A DNA stretch of 64,000 nucleotides, taken from assembly GCA_016872535.1 (NCBI GenBank), contig VGZQ01000001.1:65139-129138 (forward strand). Direction: 5' to 3'. Each line of letters opens with the position of its first letter. The first letter of the stretch is position 1. A program made the translations under genes and the position numbers. Source of the DNA: Rhodospirillales bacterium (GTDB lineage Bacteria > Pseudomonadota > Alphaproteobacteria > Rhodospirillales > 2-12-FULL-67-15). The notes beneath the pieces were generated by a model, which searched no databases, had not been told where the DNA came from, and saw only the letters and a program-made list of their open reading frames with translations. Of the stretch, positions 46,069-55,913 are shown piece after piece.

Positions 46069-47328
46069 CTACCACGAAAGTCCGGCCATCGCCCCGGCAA
46101 GCGCGGTGGCGAGCGTGCCGGAGACGATGGTCTTGGGCCCGAGCGCCACGATCTCGGCCCGCCGTGCGGGCGCGATGGTGGCGAGCCCGCCGATCATGAT
46201 GCCGAGGCTGCCGAAATTGGCGAAGCCGCAGAGCGCATAGGTCATGATCAGGCGCGAGCGCGGGCTGAGATCGGCGTCGGTGTATTTGGCGAGTTCGAGA
46301 TAGGCGAGCAGTTCGTTGAGCACGGTCTTGATCCCGAACAGCCGCCCGGCGGCGAGCGCCTCGTCCCACGGCACGCCGACCGCGAGCGCGAGCGGCGCCA
46401 GCGCGAGTCCGAATAGACGTTCGAGGGTGACCTTGGCCCCGCCCACGTCGGGCAATAGGCCGAGCGCCTGGTTGACCAAGCCGACGAGGGCCACCAGCAC
46501 GATCAGCATGGCGACGATGTTGATCAGGAGTTGCGCGCCGTCGAGGGTGCCGCGCGTGATCGCCTCCCACGCGCCTTGATGGTCCGAGGGCGGCAATGTT
46601 TCCTCGGCCGCGCCCGGCCGCGCCGCCGCGTCCGCCGGCACCATGACGCGCGCGATCACGATCGCCGCCGGCGCCGCGAGCAGCGAGGCGACCAGGATGT
46701 GCCCGAGCGCGTCCGGCACGGCGGTCGCCAGGAACGACGCATAGAGCGCCATCACCGTTCCGGCGATGGTCGCCATGCCGCAACTCATCACCGAAAAAAG
46801 TTCCGCGCGCGACAGCCGTTCGAGATAGGGCCGGATCAGGAGCGGCGCCTCGACCATGCCGACGAACACGTTGGCGGCGGCCGACAGGCCCTCGGCCCCG
46901 CCGACGCCCATGGCGCGGCGCAGCACCCACGCGAACGCCTTGACGATCGCCGGCAGCACCCGCCAGTGGAACAGCAGCGCCGAGAGCGCGCTCATCACCA
47001 GGACCAAGGGCAGCGCCTGGAACGCGAGCACGAAGCTGGCGCCGGCGTAGGTTTCCGCGAACGGCAGCGGCCCGCCGCCCAGGTAGCCGAACACGAAGCT
47101 TGTGCCCGCCTGGGTCGCGCGCTGGAGCGCGAGCAGCGCGTCGTTGAGCAGCAGCAGCGCGTCCTTGACCAAGGGCACCTTGAGCAGCAGCAGCGCCAGC
47201 GCGAATTGCAGCAGGAGCCCGCCGGCGACCAGCCGGCCCGAAACCGCGCGCTTGTTTTCCGACAACGCAAACGCGATCGCGACCAACGCGGCGATTCCGC
47301 CCAGGCTTTGCAACGCCAACCAATTCAA
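46069..47328 (-). CDS. nupC: NupC/CNT-family nucleoside transporter
   Basis: About 419 aa, polytopic, with ...NVFVGMVEAPLLIRPYL...MATIAGTVM... Proposed TTG start has AGGGGGA 7 nt upstream. The longer ORF extension has no coding character. Confidence 0.85.
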   Translation of the reverse strand: MNWLALQSLGGIAALVAIAFALSENKRAVSGRLVAGGLLLQFALALLLLKVPLVKDALLLLNDALLALQRATQAGTSFVFGYLGGGPLPFAETYAGASFVLAFQALPLVLVMSALSALLFHWRVLPAIVKAFAWVLRRAMGVGGAEGLSAAANVFVGMVEAPLLIRPYLERLSRAELFSVMSCGMATIAGTVMALYASFLATAVPDALGHILVASLLAAPAAIVIARVMVPADAAARPGAAEETLPPSDHQGAWEAITRGTLDGAQLLINIVAMLIVLVALVGLVNQALGLLPDVGGAKVTLERLFGLALAPLALAVGVPWDEALAAGRLFGIKTVLNELLAYLELAKYTDADLSPRSRLIMTYALCGFANFGSLGIMIGGLATIAPARRAEIVALGPKTIVSGTLATALAGAMAGLSW

Positions 47329-47362
47329 CGGTTTATCCCCCTTGGCCCGCGCCCGCCCCGGC

Positions 47363-47391
47363 TTGACGGGGGTCGATGCGCGCTCTATGTC
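47363..47391 (+). promoter_or_regulatory. Promoter-like TTGACG-N17-TATGTC ending 6 nt before the def ATG (possible leaderless transcript)
   Basis: Spacing read directly from the sequence. No Shine-Dalgarno at a usable distance. Confidence 0.3.
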
Positions 47392-47397
47392 GGGGCC

Positions 47398-47952
47398 ATG
47401 GCCCGGCTTCCCATCATCATCGCTCCCGACCCCCGGCTCAAGGCCAAGGCCGAGCCGGTCGCCAAGGTCGACGCCGACATCCGCCGCCTGATGGACGACA
47501 TGCTGGAAACCATGCACGGCGCCAACGGCATCGGTTTGGCCGCGCCCCAGGTCGGCGTCCTGAAGCGCGTGATCGTGGTCGATATCGCGAAACCGCGGGA
47601 TCGCGCGCGCGGAGCGCTCGATAACGACGAGCCGCCCATGCGCCTGCGCATGGCCAACCCGGAGATCGTCTGGGCCTCCGACGACGAGGTCGCGCGCGAC
47701 GAAGGGTGCCTGTCGTTTCCCGAGCAGTTCGCCGAAATCCGCCGCCCGGGCAAGATTCGCGTCCGCTACCTCGACCACGAAAACGAAATCCGCGAAATGG
47801 AGGCGGACGGATTGCTCGCGGTCTGCATCCAGCACGAAATGGATCACCTCGACGGCGTGCTGCTGGTCGATCGCGTGTCGGCGGTGAAGCGCGATATCAT
47901 TCTTCGCAAGCTGGCCAAGGCCAAGCGTCTCGCCGAAGCCGAGGCGGTCTGA
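47398..47952 (+). CDS. def: Peptide deformylase
   Basis: [26 protein letters not shown] motifs. Confidence 0.93.
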   Translation: MARLPIIIAPDPRLKAKAEPVAKVDADIRRLMDDMLETMHGANGIGLAAPQVGVLKRVIVVDIAKPRDRARGALDNDEPPMRLRMANPEIVWASDDEVARDEGCLSFPEQFAEIRRPGKIRVRYLDHENEIREMEADGLLAVCIQHEMDHLDGVLLVDRVSAVKRDIILRKLAKAKRLAEAEAV

Positions 47953-47959
47953 CGGCGCG

Positions 47960-48886
47960 ATGGCCCGCGCCCTCGACCTCGTCTTCATGGGCAGCGCCGA
48001 ATTCGGCCGGTCGGCGCTGAAGGCGCTGCTTAATGCCGGGCATCGGATCACGGCGGTTTACGCCCAGCCGCCCAAGCCCGCCGGACGCGGGCAACACGAA
48101 CACCCCTGCCCGATCCACGCCGCCGCGCGCGATCTCGGAATTCCCGTGCGCACGCCGAAATCCTTGCGCGACGGCGCCGAACAGGAATCCTTCGCGCGCC
48201 TGAAGGCCGACGCGGCGGTGGTCGCCGCCTACGGGCTGATCCTGCCGCGCCCGGTCCTGGAGGCGCCGCGCTTGGGCTGTCTCAACATCCACGCCTCGGC
48301 TCTCCCGCGCTGGCGCGGAGCGGCGCCGATCCAGCGCGCGATCCTCGCGGGCGACGCGGAAACCGGCGTCACCATCATGCAGATGGACGAGGGACTCGAT
48401 ACCGGCGCCATCCTGCTCATGGAAAAAATCCCGATCGGCCCGACGACGACGGCGGGCGAGCTGCACGACGCCCTCGGCGATCTCGGCGCCCGGCTGATCG
48501 TACGCGCGCTCGAAGGCGTGGCGGCGGGAACGCTCGCGGCGACGCCGCAACCGAAGGACGGCGTCACCTACGCCGCCAAGCTTTCCCGCGACGAAGGCCG
48601 CCTCGATTGGCGCAAGCCGGCGAGCGAACTCGCGCGCGCGGTGCGCGCCTTCGATCCCTGGCCCGGCACCTGGTTCGAAAAAGACGGCGAGCGGATCAAG
48701 GTGCTGGCGGTGGAAGTGGTAGAAGGACACGGCGCGCCGGGAACGGTGCTCGACAATGCACCGACTATTGCCTGCGGCGCGGGCGCGTTGCGGCTGGTCA
48801 CGCTCCAGCGCGCGGGCCGCGCGGCCATGACGGCAGGAGAATTTTTGCGCGGCTTTCCGCTTCCCCCCGGCACGGTGCTTTCCTGA
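47960..48886 (+). CDS. fmt: Methionyl-tRNA formyltransferase
   Basis: [13 protein letters not shown]...[20 protein letters not shown]. Confidence 0.95.
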   Translation: MARALDLVFMGSAEFGRSALKALLNAGHRITAVYAQPPKPAGRGQHEHPCPIHAAARDLGIPVRTPKSLRDGAEQESFARLKADAAVVAAYGLILPRPVLEAPRLGCLNIHASALPRWRGAAPIQRAILAGDAETGVTIMQMDEGLDTGAILLMEKIPIGPTTTAGELHDALGDLGARLIVRALEGVAAGTLAATPQPKDGVTYAAKLSRDEGRLDWRKPASELARAVRAFDPWPGTWFEKDGERIKVLAVEVVEGHGAPGTVLDNAPTIACGAGALRLVTLQRAGRAAMTAGEFLRGFPLPPGTVLS

Positions 48887-49623
48887 TGCCGCGCTATCGC
48901 CTGCTGCTCGAATACGACGGCGGGCCGTTCGTCGGCTGGCAACGCCAGGACAACGGGCTTTCGGTGCAGGAAGTGCTCGAAGACGCCATCTTCGCCTTGA
49001 GCGGCGAGAAGGCCGAAACGGTCGCGGCCGGGCGCACCGACGCGGGCGTGCATGCCTTGGGCCAGGTGGTGCACTTCGACCTGGGCCGCGAGTTTCCGCC
49101 GGATACGGTGCGCGACGCCCTCAACTTCCACATGAAGCCGAACCCGGTCGCGGTGCGCGAAGCCGCCTTGGCCGCGCCCGATTTCCACGCCCGCTTTTCG
49201 GCGACGTCGCGCGCCTACGTCTATCGCATCGCCAACCGGCGCGCGCGGCTCGCGCTCGATTTCGGACGCAAGTGGTGGGTGCCGGCGCCGCTCGACGCCG
49301 AGGCCATGAACGCGGCGGCGAAGATGCTGGTCGGGCGGCACGACTTCACCACCTTCCGCGCGTCGCTCTGCCAGGCGAAATCGCCGGTGAAGACCCTCGA
49401 CGTTCTCGACGTCGCGCGCGAGGGCGAGGACATTACCGTGTCCGCCCGCGCGCGCTCGTTTCTCCATCACCAGGTGCGCAACATGGTGGGCACGTTGCGC
49501 CTGGTGGGCGAAGGCAAGTGGACTGTCGCCGACGTGCGGGCCGCGCTCGAGGCCCGCGACCGCACCCAGGGCGGCCCGACTGCGCCGCCGGAGGGGTTGT
49601 ATCTGGTGGAAGTGACGTATTAG
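48886..49623 (+). CDS. truA: tRNA pseudouridine(38-40) synthase
   Basis: [18 protein letters not shown]...[17 protein letters not shown]. The ATG overlaps the fmt stop. Confidence 0.95.
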   Translation: MPRYRLLLEYDGGPFVGWQRQDNGLSVQEVLEDAIFALSGEKAETVAAGRTDAGVHALGQVVHFDLGREFPPDTVRDALNFHMKPNPVAVREAALAAPDFHARFSATSRAYVYRIANRRARLALDFGRKWWVPAPLDAEAMNAAAKMLVGRHDFTTFRASLCQAKSPVKTLDVLDVAREGEDITVSARARSFLHHQVRNMVGTLRLVGEGKWTVADVRAALEARDRTQGGPTAPPEGLYLVEVTY

Positions 49624-49635
49624 CGCACGGGCGTT

Positions 49636-49953
49636 TCAATCGTCGTTCGTTCCGCGCATGGCCCGCGCGAAGTCCCGCCCACCGAACAGAATCCGAACGA
49701 CGACCACTTCGGTTTTCAGCACCTGGAACACGATGGTCGCCCGCCGCTCGAAACCCACCGTCCGCAGCCCTTGGCGAATGTCGTCCCGCCGCGCGCCGCG
49801 TTCGGGAAAGATTTCGAGCGCCAAGCAGGCCGCCTCGATCCGGTCGATGTAGGCTCCGGCGACGACGCGCCCCGAGTTTCCGGCGATATGGCGATAGAGC
49901 GCGAGCAGGTCGGCTTCGGCGCGCGGCCGGAAGACGACCTGATAGTTCTTCAC
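49636..49953 (-). CDS. parE: ParE/RelE-superfamily toxin
   Basis: GTG start overlapping the parD stop (GTGA). VKNYQVVFRPRAEADLLALYRHIA...YIDRIEAACLALEIFPERG...IVFQV....VVVVRILFGGRDF. Confidence 0.8.
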   Translation of the reverse strand: MKNYQVVFRPRAEADLLALYRHIAGNSGRVVAGAYIDRIEAACLALEIFPERGARRDDIRQGLRTVGFERRATIVFQVLKTEVVVVRILFGGRDFARAMRGTNDD

Positions 49954-50210
49954 TTCGCGCGGCGCGCGTGGTGGGCGCGGAGCCGCGCGAACACCTTGGC
50001 CGCCGGCACGTTCGGCCGGGGATCGGCGAAGGCCTCGTCCACGCGCCGGCGCAGCCAAGCGTCGAGAACCGCTTCCTCGCGGTCGAGCGCGCGCACCGCC
50101 GCGCGCACGACCTCGCTCGCCGAGGCGTAGGCGCCGGACTTGACCCGCGCCTCGACCCGCTTGCGAAGGGCGCCCAGGGTGACGGTGACGGGACGGCTGG
50201 TGCGGGGCAT
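49950..50210 (-). CDS. parD: ParD-family (RHH) antitoxin
   Basis: MPRTSRPVTVTLGALRKRVEARVKSGAYASASEVVRAAVRAL. GGAGAAA RBS about 9 nt upstream. Confidence 0.75.
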   Translation of the reverse strand: MPRTSRPVTVTLGALRKRVEARVKSGAYASASEVVRAAVRALDREEAVLDAWLRRRVDEAFADPRPNVPAAKVFARLRAHHARRAK

Positions 50211-50241
50211 GGGTCGCGCTTTCTCCGGTCGAACGACGGAA

Positions 50242-50256
50242 TATGACAATGTCATA
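50242..50256. promoter_or_regulatory. Perfect palindrome TATGACA-A-TGTCATA, 32-46 nt upstream of the second parD (putative operator)
   Basis: Read directly. Same size and same distance from the start codon as the palindrome at 44335-44349. Confidence 0.5.
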
Positions 50257-50300
50257 CTAGTTCGCTCGCCGCGCGAACGCAAGCCTTACGCCCGCATGGA

Positions 50301-51497
50301 TCAAGACGCGGCGAAATAGCGCTTCAGGATCCGGTAATAGATTTCCTCGAGGCGCTTCAAGTCCTCGAGCGCCATCCATTCGTCCACCTTGTGCGAGGTG
50401 GCGTTGACGCCGCCGAATTCGATCACCGGGCAATAGTGGCGGATGAAGCGCGCGTCCGAAGTGCCGCCGTGGGTGCTGAGTTCGGGCGTCAACCCGGTCA
50501 CCTCGCGCACCGCCGCCGTCACCAGCTCGCTCAAGCGTCCGGGCGGCACCACGAACGGCTCGCCGGTCACGTGCATCGCCAACTCGAACTTGCCGCCGAT
50601 TTTTTCGCAGCGTTCGCGCAGAAGTTTTTTGAGCGATTCGCCCGAATGGCGGTCGTTGAAGCGAATGTTGAACCGGGCCTCGGCCTTGGCCGGCGTCACG
50701 TTGGTCGCCGGATTGCCGACGTCGATGGAAGTGACGGCGACGGTCGAGGGCTGGAAATGCGTCGAGCCGGGATCGAGCGGCACGTCGGTAATCGCCGCCA
50801 GCATTTTCAGGAGCCGCGGGATCGGGTTGTCGGTCGCTTCCGGATAGGCCGAATGGCCCTGAATGCCGTGCACGGCGAGCGAGGCATTGAGGCTGCCGCG
50901 ACGGCCGATCTTGGCCATTTCGCCGAAGGTCTTGGGGCTGGTCGGCTCGCCCACCAGGCAGGCGTCGATTTTTTCGCCCTCGCCCGCGAGCGTCTTCAGC
51001 ATCTTGGCGGTGCCGTTGATGGAAGGTCCTTCCTCGTCGCCGGTGATCATCAGGCTGACGGAGCCGGGAAACGCACCGCCACTTTCGGCGAGCAGGCGCG
51101 CGGTCGCGGCGACGAAGGCGGCGATGGCGCCCTTCATGTCGGAGGCGCCCCGGCCGTAAAGGCGCCCGTCCTTGACCACGGCGCCGAACGGATCGACCGA
51201 CCAGCCCTTGGCGTCGCCGACCGGGACCACGTCGGTGTGGCCGGCGAAACAGAAATGCGGCGCGCGCGAACCCAGGCGGGCATAGAGGTTGTCGACGTCG
51301 GGCGTGCCCGGCTCCGAGTACGGCATCCGCCGGCAGGAAAATCCGAGCGGCTTCAATGCGCCTTCGAGCACCGCGAGCACGCCTTCGTCCTTCGGCGTCA
51401 CGCTCGGCCGGCGGATCAGGGCGCGCGCGAGTTCGAGGGACGCGGGATTGGCCCCGGAGGGGCCGGCCGCGCCGAGGCCTGAAGAAGACGCGGGCAT
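50301..51497 (-). CDS. dapE: Succinyl-diaminopimelate desuccinylase
   Basis: M20 peptidase motifs: [22 protein letters not shown], plus the dimerisation domain. Confidence 0.93.
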   Translation of the reverse strand: MPASSSGLGAAGPSGANPASLELARALIRRPSVTPKDEGVLAVLEGALKPLGFSCRRMPYSEPGTPDVDNLYARLGSRAPHFCFAGHTDVVPVGDAKGWSVDPFGAVVKDGRLYGRGASDMKGAIAAFVAATARLLAESGGAFPGSVSLMITGDEEGPSINGTAKMLKTLAGEGEKIDACLVGEPTSPKTFGEMAKIGRRGSLNASLAVHGIQGHSAYPEATDNPIPRLLKMLAAITDVPLDPGSTHFQPSTVAVTSIDVGNPATNVTPAKAEARFNIRFNDRHSGESLKKLLRERCEKIGGKFELAMHVTGEPFVVPPGRLSELVTAAVREVTGLTPELSTHGGTSDARFIRHYCPVIEFGGVNATSHKVDEWMALEDLKRLEEIYYRILKRYFAAS

Positions 51498-51499
51498 GA

Positions 51500-52342
51500 T
51501 TAATCCCTCAGCAATTCGTTGATGGACGTCTTGGCGCGGGTTTTTTCGTCGACCCGTTTCACGATCACCGCGCAATAGAGCCCGGGCCCGGGCGCGCCGT
51601 CGGGCAAGGGCTTGCCCGGCATGGTGCCCGACACCACAACCGAATAGGGCGGCACGCGGCCCATGTGCGTTTCGCCGGTGGCGCGATCGACGATCTTGGT
51701 CGAGGCGCCGAGATAGACGCCCATGGAAAGGACCGAACCCTCGCCGACCACGACCCCTTCGGCGACCTCGGCGCGCGCGCCGACGAAGCAGTTGTCCTCG
51801 ATGATCACCGGGCCCGCCTGCACCGGCTCCAGCACGCCGCCGATGCCGGCGCCGCCGGAGATGTGACAATTTTTTCCGATCTGCGCGCAGCTGCCGACCG
51901 TCGCCCAGGTGTCGATCATGGTGCCCCGATCCACGTAGGCGCCGACGTTGACGAAGGACGGCATCAGGACAACGCCGGGCGCGATGTAGGCGGAGCGGCG
52001 CACCACGCAGTTGGGCACCGCGCGAAAGCCCGCCTTGCGGAAGTCGGCGTCGCTCCAGCCCGCGAACTTGGAGGCGACCTTGTCGTACCACGCGCCCCCC
52101 CCGGGCCCGCCCGCGATCGGCGTTGAATCGGTCAAACGGAACGAGAGCAGCACCGCTTTCTTCAGCCATTGGTGCACTTTCCATTCGTTATTAGACTTTT
52201 CGGCGACGCGCAGGGCGCCGGAATCGAGCAGCGCCAACGCCGCCTCCACCGCGTCGCGCACCTCGCCCTTGGTCCCGGAATCGATCCGGTCGCGGGTTTC
52301 CCAGGCGGCGTCGATGACGCGGGCGAGATCGGACGTGGACAT
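51500..52342 (-). CDS. dapD: 2,3,4,5-tetrahydropyridine-2,6-dicarboxylate N-succinyltransferase
   Basis: Hexapeptide-repeat region ([50 protein letters not shown]) and C-terminus ...INELLRD. Confidence 0.95.
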   Translation of the reverse strand: MSTSDLARVIDAAWETRDRIDSGTKGEVRDAVEAALALLDSGALRVAEKSNNEWKVHQWLKKAVLLSFRLTDSTPIAGGPGGGAWYDKVASKFAGWSDADFRKAGFRAVPNCVVRRSAYIAPGVVLMPSFVNVGAYVDRGTMIDTWATVGSCAQIGKNCHISGGAGIGGVLEPVQAGPVIIEDNCFVGARAEVAEGVVVGEGSVLSMGVYLGASTKIVDRATGETHMGRVPPYSVVVSGTMPGKPLPDGAPGPGLYCAVIVKRVDEKTRAKTSINELLRD

Positions 52343-52463
52343 GTTTTTCAGGAATTCTCGGCTGTCGCGGGGACCCGAACATGGCCGGAACCCCGGCACC
52401 CTGTCAACGGCCGCACGGGACGCGCGTTGACGGGGCTTTTCGTTCCTCCCAGGATGGGTACGC

Positions 52464-53414
52464 ATGCTCTCCTCCCTTCCCTTCGCGCCGGGCGGGCCGC
52501 ACGGGGTCGACCCGCTGATCCTGCTGGTCATGGCGCTGCTCGCGGAAGCGATCTTCGGCGGCTTCCCGATCTTGTTCCGACTCTTGCGCCATCCGCGCGA
52601 TCTCGCCGAGGGCGGGGCCGCGTGGCTCGATCGCAAGCTCAACCGCGAACAGCGGAGCGAAAGCACCCGCGCGTGGCGCGGCGTGTTCGCGCTGATCGCC
52701 GTCGTCGGCCTCGCCGTCGCTCTCGGCCTCGCGGTCGGCTGGCTCGCGCGCAACCACCCGTTCGGCTGGATCGTCGAGTTCCCGCTGGTGGTCGCGCTGC
52801 TCGGCCAGCGGCAAGCCTACGAGCGCGCCCGCGAGGTCGCCAGCGCCCTCGACGACCACCTCGAGGCGGCGCGGCGGGCGCTGGAACGCATGGGCGAGCC
52901 CAACGCCGCCGCCCTCGATTTTTCCGGCGTCGCCCGCGCCGCGCTCGAACGCCTCGCGCGGTCGTTCGCCGTCGACGTGGCCGCGCCGGTCGCGGGCTAC
53001 GTCCTGTTCGGCCTCGCCGGTCTCGCCGCCGTGCGCGCGGTCGCCGTGCTGGCCGAACGCATCGGGCATCCGACGCCGCGTCACCGCGCCTTCGGCCGCG
53101 CCGCCCGCATGGCCGACGCCGCGATCAATTTCGTTCCGGCCCGGTTCGCCGGGCTCTTTCTCGTGCTCGCGGCGCCGCTGGCGCGCGGCGCCAGGGCGTC
53201 GTTTTCGGGCGCGCTGAAATCCATGCTGCGCCACGCGCCCCACTATCGCCTGCCCAATCTCGGCTGGCCGGTGGCGGCCATGGCCGGCGCGCTCGGGATC
53301 GAACGCGACACGGCGCCCATGACGGCGCGCGACGTGCGCCGGGGCGTGAAACTCTACGTCGCCGCGTGCGCCCTCGATGCGGCGTTCGTCGGATTGCTCG
53401 CGCTCGCCCGCTGA
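52464..53414 (+). CDS. cobD: CobD/CbiB-family protein (adenosylcobinamide-phosphate synthase type)
   Basis: Membrane protein with ...LLAEAIFG..P...RHP..L....A..LDR.LN pattern and C-terminal ...PN.GWP..AMAGALG... Confidence 0.8.
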   Translation: MLSSLPFAPGGPHGVDPLILLVMALLAEAIFGGFPILFRLLRHPRDLAEGGAAWLDRKLNREQRSESTRAWRGVFALIAVVGLAVALGLAVGWLARNHPFGWIVEFPLVVALLGQRQAYERAREVASALDDHLEAARRALERMGEPNAAALDFSGVARAALERLARSFAVDVAAPVAGYVLFGLAGLAAVRAVAVLAERIGHPTPRHRAFGRAARMADAAINFVPARFAGLFLVLAAPLARGARASFSGALKSMLRHAPHYRLPNLGWPVAAMAGALGIERDTAPMTARDVRRGVKLYVAACALDAAFVGLLALAR

Positions 53415-53424
53415 ACCTCGGACG

Positions 53425-54159
53425 TCAGTCGCCGAGCATTTGGCGCAAACGGTCGGCGGGCTGGAAACGGTTGCCGCCGCCCTGGACCACGGCCTGCGCC
53501 GTGACGCCGGCGCCGTGCACCGCCTCCATCAGGTCGTTGCGACGCACCAGGCCGGAGCCTTCGAGGCTGACGCCGCCGTAGAGCCCGAGCCGCGAGCGGG
53601 CGATCACCAGCACGTCGGCGCCGACGTTGGTGGTGGTCGCGCCCTCGACGCCCGCGCCGAACACGCCGACGGTGATGCCGCCGTCGGCGCCGAGCTTGGC
53701 CTGATGGTTGAGGATGGCGTTGAGCGCCTTTTCCGAGCGCACGATCAGCACCATTTCCACGTCCTGGATGCCGATCTGGAATCCGACCGAGCCGGCGGCG
53801 AGGGTGTAGAACGCGGGGCCGCTCCAGCCGCCGCCCTGGCGCGCGAGCAGCACGCCCGAGCCGCCCTCGGCCGCGCCGATGAAGCCCGCCTTGTAGACGT
53901 GCGGCAACACCACCACCGCGCGCGCGGTGCCGACGTGGGTCATCAGCACCTTCAAGTTGGGATCGAGCTTCATGCGCTCGACCGTGTCGGCGGCGCGGGT
54001 GACCAGGGTGACGGCGTATTGATCGGGCTTCTCGCGCACCTCGGCGCAGGCGGCGAGAAATGCCGAAGCGGCGCCGAGGGCGAAGGGCGCGGCGATCAAC
54101 TTGGCGGCGCGCCTTCGGTCAATGGGGCGGGTGACGGGAAAGCGGGGAGCGAAGGTCAT
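53425..54159 (-). CDS. SYLF/Ysc84-like (DUF500) lipid-binding lipoprotein
   Basis: Signal/lipobox ...ASAFLAAC. Repetitive G-rich beta pattern: GFIGAAEGGSGVLLAR...GSVGFQIG...GADGGITVG. Confidence 0.7.
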   Translation of the reverse strand: MTFAPRFPVTRPIDRRRAAKLIAAPFALGAASAFLAACAEVREKPDQYAVTLVTRAADTVERMKLDPNLKVLMTHVGTARAVVVLPHVYKAGFIGAAEGGSGVLLARQGGGWSGPAFYTLAAGSVGFQIGIQDVEMVLIVRSEKALNAILNHQAKLGADGGITVGVFGAGVEGATTTNVGADVLVIARSRLGLYGGVSLEGSGLVRRNDLMEAVHGAGVTAQAVVQGGGNRFQPADRLRQMLGD

Positions 54160-54254
54160 GGCGGGGTTCCTCGGGCGGGGCGGATTTCACGCGTTCGGGC
54201 TTCGCTTATAGCAGAGAGGCGCGCGGCGCAGCTGTGACGGGGATCGGGACGAGG

Positions 54255-54317
54255 TTGGCGCGGGCCAAACCACGATTGGCGCACGCCAAACCGCGACTGG
54301 CGCGGGCAAAACGGCCC
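54255..54317. repeat. Three head-to-tail 21-bp repeats; the first two each contain the palindrome TTGGC-N4-GCCAA
   Basis: ttggcgcgggccaaaccacga / ttggcgcacgccaaaccgcga / ctggcgcgggcaaaacggccc. Confidence 0.9.
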
Positions 54318-54512
54318 TAAGCCCTTGATCGGCCACGAAACCACCCGAAACCTGTAGGCATTTGTAGGCACGCATCGTCATTTTCCGGTACAACTCCTTG
54401 ATTCGCGGCGCTTTCCGGCTTCGCACCCCGGGGGCCAAAGCGAATCCCGATAATAGGAAAATATACCAGAACCGGGAAGGGACGTCAAGGGCGGGCGCGA
54501 GGACGGAGGAAG

Positions 54513-54833
54513 TCAGGCGGCGCGGGCGAGATGGTTCCGCTTGATGCGGGCGACCTTGATGCGGGCCACTTTGATCCGATGGGCGCGCTTCATGGCGCGC
54601 GCGAGATCGTAGGCGGCCTGCAGGCGGACCCAGGTCGCCGCGCCGCCGCCGAACGCCTTGTCGAGACGGATCGCCATTTCCGGGGAGATGCCGGCGCGAC
54701 CGTTGATCAACTCGGAGAGCGCCTTGCGCGTGACGCCGAGACCCTTGGCCGCCGCCGTGACCGTGAGGCCGAGGGGCTCCAGGCAATCGTGGCGCACGGA
54801 CAGGCCCGGATGCGGGGGATTTTTCATCAGCAT
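54513..54833 (-). CDS. higA: HigA-family (XRE HTH) antitoxin, apparently without an intact toxin partner
   Basis: [77 protein letters not shown] is the classic HigA/VapI pattern. Confidence 0.88.
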   Translation of the reverse strand: MLMKNPPHPGLSVRHDCLEPLGLTVTAAAKGLGVTRKALSELINGRAGISPEMAIRLDKAFGGGAATWVRLQAAYDLARAMKRAHRIKVARIKVARIKRNHLARAA

Positions 54834-54924
54834 GGCACTTCTCGTAATGATGATCGACCGACTGGCGGTGCGTAACCCATAACGTATCAGGTGCCAACCG
54901 ACCGGAGTTCGGGAGCGGGCTTTC

Positions 54925-55287
54925 TTACTCCTTCTTCTTTTTCCTCCTCAGCGGATCGCCGCAGAGGATTTTCGAGCCGCGGCAGCCGGGGTCCAGTTCG
55001 GCCTCCGGCGTCGCCGCCTTCGGCCCCGCGTCGGGCTTGAGGCGCTTGCCCCCTTCGTCGATTTCGATCCGTGTTCTCGGCACCACCACGGTCTTGCCCG
55101 TGGCCGAAAAGGGCGGCGGTTGCGAGACGACGGGTTCTTCGGTGATGCGCGTCGCGGGCGAGAGCCCGCGCATTATTTCGATGCCGCCCTCTTGGGCGGC
55201 GGGGCCTTGCGCCCACGCCGAACCCGCGCCCGCGAGAACGACAACGGACGCAAACACGAGAGCCCAACGGAACCGAGGCGCGGTCAT
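54925..55287 (-). CDS. Small secreted hypothetical protein with Lys-rich C-terminus
   Basis: Signal peptide [26 protein letters not shown]. Tail RRKKKKE. No recognised motif. Confidence 0.5.
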   Translation of the reverse strand: MTAPRFRWALVFASVVVLAGAGSAWAQGPAAQEGGIEIMRGLSPATRITEEPVVSQPPPFSATGKTVVVPRTRIEIDEGGKRLKPDAGPKAATPEAELDPGCRGSKILCGDPLRRKKKKE

Positions 55288-55382
55288 GTCGCCCGGGATA
55301 TACGCGCGAAATATGGCGGCGGAAAGGCGCCGCGCGAGTCCCGCGCGGGACACGCCCCTTCCGCATCGCTATAATCGCTTCC

Positions 55383-55901
55383 GTGACCCAAACCGTGATC
55401 CTCACCTTCATCGCCAAGGACCGCACCGGCCTGGTCGAGCGCCTTGCCGAAACCGTCGCCGCGCGCGGCGGCAACTGGCTGGAAAGCCGGATGGCGCACT
55501 TGGCCGACCGCTTCGTCGGCGTCGCCCGGGTCGAAGCGCCGAAGGCGGAGCTCGCGCGCCTGGAGGCCGAATTGCAGGCGCTCGCCGCCGAGGGCTTTCA
55601 TCTCATCTTCGAGGAAACGGACGCGGACGCGGGCCCGCCCGGCCGCACCGTCCAGCTCGACATCGTCGGGCCCGACCATCCCGGCATCGTGCGCGACATC
55701 ACCCACGTGCTGGCCACGCGCGGCGCCAGCGTCGAGGAAATGGAAACCGACATCCGGCCCGCGCCCATGGGCGGCGGCAACCTGTTCTACGCCAAAGCAC
55801 GGGTGCGCATTCCCGACGGCGCCGACGCGCGCGAGGTGAGCGACGCGCTCTACGAAATCGGCAACACGTTGATGGTCGATGTCGCCGTGGACGGGAAGTG
55901 A
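55383..55901 (+). CDS. Tandem-ACT-domain protein (GcvR-like)
   Basis: Two ACT-like units: ILTFIAKDRTGLVERLAETVAARGGN and LDIVGPDHPGIVRDITHVLATRGASV. GTG start. Confidence 0.7.
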   Translation: MTQTVILTFIAKDRTGLVERLAETVAARGGNWLESRMAHLADRFVGVARVEAPKAELARLEAELQALAAEGFHLIFEETDADAGPPGRTVQLDIVGPDHPGIVRDITHVLATRGASVEEMETDIRPAPMGGGNLFYAKARVRIPDGADAREVSDALYEIGNTLMVDVAVDGK

Positions 55902-55913
55902 AGCAACGTTCCC

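Noticed and set aside
52343-52463. Possible cobalamin riboswitch upstream of the cobD/cbiB-like gene.
   Set aside because: The gap is only 121 nt, much shorter than a B12 element, and I saw no B12-box-like sequence. The region is a divergent promoter shared with dapD.
54255-54317. The tandem repeats as a CRISPR array.
   Set aside because: The units are contiguous with no spacers, there are only three copies of 21 bp, and no cas genes are present.
54318-54512. Possible tRNA fragment or att site next to the orphan higA (inverted repeat GATTCGC...GCGAATC at about 54408-54456).
   Set aside because: There is no T-loop (GGTTCGAnTCC-like) or acceptor-stem pattern, and no integrase nearby. The inverted repeat has a long unstructured loop.
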